Shown: piece after piece, positions 58,359 through 63,554 of the stretch | Numbering within the stretch: position 1 is the first letter of the stretch | Layout: each line of letters opens with the position of its first letter | Source: Gammaproteobacteria bacterium | GTDB lineage: Bacteria > Pseudomonadota > Gammaproteobacteria > Magnimaribacterales > D2472 | Assembly: GCA_038108875.1 (NCBI GenBank) | Contig: JAYNII010000001.1 | Coordinates: 101,450 to 165,003 of the forward strand | Reading direction: 5' to 3' | DNA length: 63,554 bases | The notes under the pieces: generated by a model | Told to the model about the DNA's origin: nothing | The model's database searches: none | The model's input: the letters and a program-made list of their open reading frames with translations, nothing else | Translations under genes and position numbers: made by a program

Positions 58359-60181
58359 TTTCTGGCTACCTTTTTGAGCGTCTTATTACCTAAGTGTTGC
58401 TTTATTGAAAGAGATATGAAATTTGCTGTAATAGGTGATCCATCAAAACAAAGAATAGATTTCAGCTTCTTATGATTGGTTTTACATTCAGCGAGAATAA
58501 GGGTTTTTAGTTGAGCATCTCTGTTTTGTTCAACTATAAAAATAGTTTTATGCGCATCTATAAAGTTCCAAACTTCCTCACCAAAAGGGAAAGATCTTAT
58601 TCGCATAGCATCACAAGGCTTATTATCTTTGGCAAGTAAATCTAGTGATTCTTGCATAGCAACCTCTGTACTTCCGAAATATAAGATTCCTATTTCACTG
58701 AAATTTCTGTCTTGCTTGGTTAAAGCTTTAGGTAAGTAATTGGGGGATAAATCAATTTTCTTCTTAATCCTAGATAAATTTTCTGCGTTTACAACACCAT
58801 CTTCTGTATATGCTGCAAAAGCATCGTGCGAGCTTCCTCTAGTAAAGAAAGCACCTTTTTTAGGATGTGTCCCAGGGTATGTGCGATAAGGTATGCCATC
58901 ATTGTCTACATCCTGGTAACGTCCAAATTTATCAATTTTATCTAAAGCCTTGGCATCTAGAACTTTACCTCTATCAAACTCATCAAAATTATCCCAGTTT
59001 AGTTCTGGAACCATCCAGTCGTTCATTCCTATATCTAAATCTGAAAGAATAAAAAGGGGAGTTTGTAATCTGTCTGCTAAATTAAAAGCTAAAGCAGCAA
59101 ATTCAAAACATTCTTTAGGATCGGCTGGAAACAAGAGTGGATGTTTGGTATCTCCGTGAGATGCATAGGCGCATAAAAGCACATCAGATTGTTGCGTTCT
59201 AGTTGGCATACCGGTGCTCGGACCTCCTCGTTGGATATCAAAAATTACCACTGGAACCTCTGCAAAATAAGCTAATCCAATAAATTCATTCATAAGTGAA
59301 ATTCCTGGACCGCTGGTTGCAGTAAAGGCTCTGGCACCGTTCCAATTTGCACCAATTGCCATTCCTAGAGCGGCAAGCTCATCCTCTGCTTGCACAATTG
59401 CAAAATTATTTTTACCTGTAACTTGATCTACTCTGAATTGGTTACAGTATCTGGTAAATCCCTCAGCAAGAGAAGTGGATGGAGTAATTGGGTACCATGC
59501 GCATACAGTGGCACCTCCAAAGACACAGCCCAGACCGGCTGCTTCATTACCATTGATAAGTATTTTATTTTTGGTTAAGTTAGATTTTTTAACTTTAATA
59601 TCGCACAAACCCTGAAAGTGTTTTTTTGCGTAACTAAAACCTATGTTAAATGCTTTAACATTAGGGGCTATAAGTTTTTCTTTTCCAATAAATTGTTCTT
59701 TAATTAATTTTATGTAGATCTCTTTTGGAATATCTAGTAAGTAGGCTAGGGCACCAACATAAACAAGATTCTTAAATAATTGTCTTTGTTTTGGATTAGT
59801 AAATTCAGCAATACACAAAGAGGTTATGGGTAACTCTATGATTGTAATATCGTTTCGATTAAAGTTTCTTTTCCAAGAAGAATCATACAGAACATAGCCT
59901 CCAGCATTTACTTCTGCTATATCTTTGTTGTAACTCTGAGGATTCATAGGCACTGCGATATCAATACCTGCACGCCTACCTAAATAACCTTTGTCATTGA
60001 CTCTAACTTCGAACCAGGTTGGTAAACCCTGAATATTAGATGGAAAAATATTTTTCGGACTTACTGGGACACCATATCTAAATATGCCCTTGGCGAACAT
60101 TTGGTTGGCGCTTGCGGAGCCTGATCCATTAACGTTGGCAAATTTTATGACAAAGTCATTAACGGATGTAATTTTCTTCAT
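58355..60181 (-). CDS. korA: 2-oxoacid:ferredoxin oxidoreductase alpha(-gamma) subunit
   Basis: YPITP, QAEDE, TSGPG and QRGGPSTGMPTR motifs; start ATG 60181 in an ATGA overlap. Confidence 0.92.
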   Translation of the reverse strand: MKKITSVNDFVIKFANVNGSGSASANQMFAKGIFRYGVPVSPKNIFPSNIQGLPTWFEVRVNDKGYLGRRAGIDIAVPMNPQSYNKDIAEVNAGGYVLYDSSWKRNFNRNDITIIELPITSLCIAEFTNPKQRQLFKNLVYVGALAYLLDIPKEIYIKLIKEQFIGKEKLIAPNVKAFNIGFSYAKKHFQGLCDIKVKKSNLTKNKILINGNEAAGLGCVFGGATVCAWYPITPSTSLAEGFTRYCNQFRVDQVTGKNNFAIVQAEDELAALGMAIGANWNGARAFTATSGPGISLMNEFIGLAYFAEVPVVIFDIQRGGPSTGMPTRTQQSDVLLCAYASHGDTKHPLLFPADPKECFEFAALAFNLADRLQTPLFILSDLDIGMNDWMVPELNWDNFDEFDRGKVLDAKALDKIDKFGRYQDVDNDGIPYRTYPGTHPKKGAFFTRGSSHDAFAAYTEDGVVNAENLSRIKKKIDLSPNYLPKALTKQDRNFSEIGILYFGSTEVAMQESLDLLAKDNKPCDAMRIRSFPFGEEVWNFIDAHKTIFIVEQNRDAQLKTLILAECKTNHKKLKSILCFDGSPITANFISLSIKQHLGNKTLKKVARK

Positions 60182-61950
60182 GAATATACTTTTGCTTCGT
60201 TGTAGAGATATTTTTGCATGTCCCATGCACCGGTGGGACATCTCTCAGCACAAAGACCGCAATGCAGACAAACATCTTCATCTTTAAATAACTTTCGATT
60301 GGTTGGTAGTGTATCTGAAACGTATATATCTTGATCAAGATTTAGAGCAGGGATTCTTAGACTTTTTCTAATTAGCTCCTCAGGTCCATCTGGAATAAAG
60401 CTGATGCAATCAGTTGGACATATATCCATACAAGCATCGCATTCGATACAAAGATTTTCTGTAAATATGGTTTGGACATCGCAATTAAGACAGCGTTGAG
60501 CTTCAAAATAGCCATCAAGAGGATCAAAGCCTTTTTCTACTTCTACCTTTAAATCGTTAAGAGAAATAGAGTGGTCTTGTTTGGGGACTACATAGCGAAG
60601 GTCTTGAGAGATATTATTATCATAGGACCACTCATGAATACCCATTTTTTGACTAAAGACTTTGACACCTGGTGCTGGTCTATCATTGAGACTTTCACCT
60701 CGACAATATTTATCTATGGAGATAGCAGCTTGATGAGCATGTGCGACAGCGGTAATAATATTTTCTGGTCCCCAAGCAGCATCGCCTCCAAAGAAAACTC
60801 CTAGCATTGAAGATTGAAAAGTTGTTTTATTTACAACCGGCATATCCCATTCACCAAATTCAATTCCAATATCTTTTTCGATCCATTCAAAGGAGTTGTC
60901 TTGACCAATAGCAATTAAGACATCATCGCATTCGAAAAAAACTGGTTTCTCACCGGTTGGCACCAGAGATCTTTTACCTTTTTTATCGAATACTGCTTTG
61001 ACTTTTTCAAATTCCATACCTATGAGTTTGCCGTCTTGATGTACAAATTTTTTAGGGACATGATTCTCATAAATCGGGATATTTTCTTCTAGAGCATCTT
61101 CAATTTCCCATTCAGAAGCTTTCATTTGAGAAAATGGGCTTCTTACAAGGACTTTCACATCTTCTGCTCCTAGGCGTAAGGAAGATCTGCAACAATCCAT
61201 AGCAGTATTACCTCCGCCCAAAACAATAACTTTCTTACCAATCTTATCGATGTGTTCAAAAGCTATGCCGGTTAGGAATTCTATTCCAATTTGAATGTTT
61301 GCAGCTGCTTCTTTTCTGCCCTCGATAAACAAGTCTCTCCCTTTGGGTGCCCCAGTTCCCACAAAAACAGCATCATATCCCTTGGTTAAAAATTCCTTCA
61401 TACTTTTAATGGGGGAGTTAAATTTTCTTTTAACACCCATATCTAAAATATAATTTACTTCTTCATCCAACACGCTCTCAGGCAGTCTGAAGGAGGGAAT
61501 ATTTGTCCTCATCAAGCCTCCAGCTTTAGGATCTTTTTCGTAGATCGTGCACTCGTAGCCTATGAGTAACAGATCTCGAGCTACAGCAAGTGATGCAGGT
61601 CCACCGCCAATTAGGCCTACTTTGAAACCATTTTTCTTTTTAGGTGTTTTGGGAATTAGGGAAGATATATCATCTTTATAATCTGCTGCTACTCGTTTAA
61701 GTCGACAAATCGCAACGGCTTTTTCATGGGTCCTTGTTCTCCTGCATGCAGGCTCGCATGGTCTGTCGCAAGTTCTTCCGAGAATTCCTGGAAAAACATT
61801 TGAATCCCAGTTAATCATATATGCGCCTGTGTAATCTTTTTGGGAAATCTTTCTGATGTACTCAGGAACTGGTGTATGCGCAGGACAAGCGTATTGGCAA
61901 TCAACTACTTTATGAAAATATTGGGGGTTTGCTATGTTAGTTTTTTCCAT
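60178..61950 (-). CDS. GltD/SudA-like FAD/NAD(P) oxidoreductase with C-terminal 2[4Fe-4S] domain (KorC-like)
   Basis: CQYACP, GRTCDRPCEPAC, GGGPA, GGGNTAMD, RCLNC, CIECDAC..CP and CLHCGLC..CP motifs. Confidence 0.88.
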   Translation of the reverse strand: MEKTNIANPQYFHKVVDCQYACPAHTPVPEYIRKISQKDYTGAYMINWDSNVFPGILGRTCDRPCEPACRRTRTHEKAVAICRLKRVAADYKDDISSLIPKTPKKKNGFKVGLIGGGPASLAVARDLLLIGYECTIYEKDPKAGGLMRTNIPSFRLPESVLDEEVNYILDMGVKRKFNSPIKSMKEFLTKGYDAVFVGTGAPKGRDLFIEGRKEAAANIQIGIEFLTGIAFEHIDKIGKKVIVLGGGNTAMDCCRSSLRLGAEDVKVLVRSPFSQMKASEWEIEDALEENIPIYENHVPKKFVHQDGKLIGMEFEKVKAVFDKKGKRSLVPTGEKPVFFECDDVLIAIGQDNSFEWIEKDIGIEFGEWDMPVVNKTTFQSSMLGVFFGGDAAWGPENIITAVAHAHQAAISIDKYCRGESLNDRPAPGVKVFSQKMGIHEWSYDNNISQDLRYVVPKQDHSISLNDLKVEVEKGFDPLDGYFEAQRCLNCDVQTIFTENLCIECDACMDICPTDCISFIPDGPEELIRKSLRIPALNLDQDIYVSDTLPTNRKLFKDEDVCLHCGLCAERCPTGAWDMQKYLYNEAKVYS

Positions 61951-62095
61951 GAATTTTTAATTATATAAATCCCCTTTAATGATCAAGATATATGGTGTTT
62001 AAGCATTTATCAACTATAAAATTTAGAACATAAATAAGGTTGGAGTGTTAGTATTATATGGTTATAAATTACTTATAAATAAGTAAGGAGGAAAA

Positions 62096-62779
62096 TTGAA
62101 ATTATTAAAAATAAGCGGTTCAATGATGTTGATTTCGCTTTTTGCTATATGTATTAGCGCTGCTCCTGAGGGTGCATTCACAACCTTGCATGTAAAAGCA
62201 AAGGATGTAGATAAATACGTTAATTTTATGAAAGAAAATACTGCTCCATTTCAAGCATTAGGAGCGGATGTAGCTGGAGTCTGTGTAACAAGATCTGGAA
62301 ATCAATATCCAGGAGAAATGTTTGTATGGAGTGCTTATCCAAGTATAGAGGCTGCATATGAAGCATCTAGAAAATATGATCCTTTGAAGCCAAGCCCAGC
62401 TTTTGAAGAATTAAGAACTGTGCTTTATTCGGTTACTTGGAAGCCAGTGAAAGAATTTGCACTTAAACCGGGTTACGAAAGACTTTGGAGATTAAGATTA
62501 AATGATTGGAGAAAGTTTGCCTCCGAAATGGAAAAACTTGAAACTGCACTTAGTGATGCTGGTCACGACATGAGATTAGGTGTTTTTTATCCTTTGGGAG
62601 GAGGTACTGAGGTATTTCATCTCAGGGCAGTAACTGATACTCCTGCGCAATCTGGAAAAATAGCTGATGAATATTTTGCAGGTGCTTCATATGGAAAAAT
62701 ATGGGATAACGCTTTTAAGTATGTCGATGAAATAGTTATGGAAACTGTAGAAGAATGCGAGGTTATTTATACTAAATAA
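62096..62779 (+). CDS. Hypothetical exported protein
   Basis: Strong AGGAGG RBS with TTG start; signal peptide ending ISA-A; followed by a terminator. Confidence 0.75.
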   Translation: MKLLKISGSMMLISLFAICISAAPEGAFTTLHVKAKDVDKYVNFMKENTAPFQALGADVAGVCVTRSGNQYPGEMFVWSAYPSIEAAYEASRKYDPLKPSPAFEELRTVLYSVTWKPVKEFALKPGYERLWRLRLNDWRKFASEMEKLETALSDAGHDMRLGVFYPLGGGTEVFHLRAVTDTPAQSGKIADEYFAGASYGKIWDNAFKYVDEIVMETVEECEVIYTK

Positions 62780-62799
62780 TTTGTTTTTTTAGTAAATTC

Positions 62800-62827
62800 A
62801 AAACCCACCTACTTGGTGGGTTTTTTT
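62800..62827 (+). terminator. Rho-independent terminator
   Basis: AAAACCCACC-TACTT-GGTGGG followed by T7. Confidence 0.85.
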
Positions 62828-62854
62828 ATCTATAATTTATGAAAGGAGATAAAT

Positions 62855-63373
62855 ATGCCAGAAAATATTAACTTAATCATTCAAATTATTGCTGCAAGTG
62901 GAGTAATAGTTTCTGTGGTTTACTTAGGAATACAAATTCATCAACAAAATAATATCACTAGGGCTCAATTTGGACATTCATTAACCCAGAGACTTTATGA
63001 ACGATACTTTCAAACAACAAAGGATGCTGAATTTTCTAAATTTTTAGCTAAAGATTGGTCCTCATCCGATTTAGATAATACTGAAAAGTGGAGGGTAAAC
63101 CATTTTCTATTAATGTGTTTAGTAGATATTTTTGATGTTTATGACAAAGTTCAAAATAACTTTGTTGATCGAATCCATTTAGATATGAGAATGAATTCGC
63201 TTCGTTTAGGTGTTATCAAAACAAAGCTCGGCAAAAATGTTTGGAATTTTATGAAAACAACTAGATCTGAGGAATTTGTAACATGGTTTGAATCAGAGAT
63301 ATTTGATAAAGACCAAGATTCTTTTGATGAAGTGAGTAGGGAAGAACTCAAAGATCTTAATATAATAAGATAG
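62855..63373 (+). CDS. Hypothetical protein with N-terminal membrane anchor
   Basis: AAGGAG RBS; hydrophobic IIAASGVIVSVVYLGIQI segment. Confidence 0.72.
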   Translation: MPENINLIIQIIAASGVIVSVVYLGIQIHQQNNITRAQFGHSLTQRLYERYFQTTKDAEFSKFLAKDWSSSDLDNTEKWRVNHFLLMCLVDIFDVYDKVQNNFVDRIHLDMRMNSLRLGVIKTKLGKNVWNFMKTTRSEEFVTWFESEIFDKDQDSFDEVSREELKDLNIIR

Positions 63374-63397
63374 TTTGTTTAATATAAATTCATCATT

Positions 63398-63554
63398 ATG
63401 AAAAATTATTTTTATATATTGATACCATTATTATTATTTAGTTTGATCCTAAGTTCTGATGATAATCACACATCTCATCTAGAAAAAATTGTATTGGGGT
63501 CAGGTTGCTTTTGGGGAGCAGAGAAGGGCTATGAAGGCCTTCAAGGTGTTGAAG
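63398..63554 (+). CDS. msrA: Peptide methionine sulfoxide reductase MsrA, exported, truncated by window end
   Basis: Manual translation MKNYFYILIPLLLFSLILSS...IVLGSGCFWGAEKGYEGLQGVE; GCFWG motif. Confidence 0.85.
   Translation, partial: MKNYFYILIPLLLFSLILSSDDNHTSHLEKIVLGSGCFWGAEKGYEGLQGVE

Noticed and set aside
3064-63351. Numerous short ORFs antisense to or out of frame within real genes (e.g. 5302-5808, 6509-6835, 6877-7254, 33277-33582, 40221-40511, and the N-terminal part of 49438-49935)
   Set aside because: They are shadow ORFs fully overlapping well-supported genes and lack recognisable motifs.
1-63554. CRISPR arrays, IS elements, prophage, selenoprotein read-through
   Set aside because: No regularly spaced repeats, transposase or phage genes were seen. 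The redox-active sites of Grx, Prx and MsrA use ordinary Cys codons.

Overview
AT-rich, extremely gene-dense chromosome segment. It most likely comes from a streamlined marine gammaproteobacterium (SAR86-like; inferred from gene order, base composition and tiny intergenic gaps). About 66 CDS and one tRNA-Arg(ACG). No integrase, transposase, CRISPR array or transcription-factor gene is recognisable. The highlight is the ~24 kb block at 3.6-27.3 kb. It carries a complete coenzyme F420 operon (fno/npdG-cofE-cofD-cofC-fbiC) nested among steroid-catabolic genes: a KshA/Neverland-like Rieske oxygenase, KstD, ketosteroid isomerase, a BaiE-like NTF2 protein, a DUF1295 steroid-reductase-like protein, and a sulfotransferase-SDR-DUF1214 triad plus an SDR resembling genes of the mycobacterial cholesterol locus. 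Two MFS transporters and a rubredoxin missing from the ORF track sit at its left end. The rest is mostly housekeeping: pdxJ, grxD, bfr/bfd with Fur boxes, rnt, rnfB-like, FNR, metG, apbC, mlaA, dusA, nhaB, nudC, rne-rluC-rpmF-fabDG-acpP-fabF-mltG-tmk-holB, exported peptidases, a three-subunit 2-oxoacid oxidoreductase operon and a partial msrA. Further oddities: two probable AUA start codons, an RNase E lacking the Zn-link cysteines, a structured rne leader, and candidate leaderless or bidirectional promoters. All family assignments come from motif recognition and memory, not database searches.
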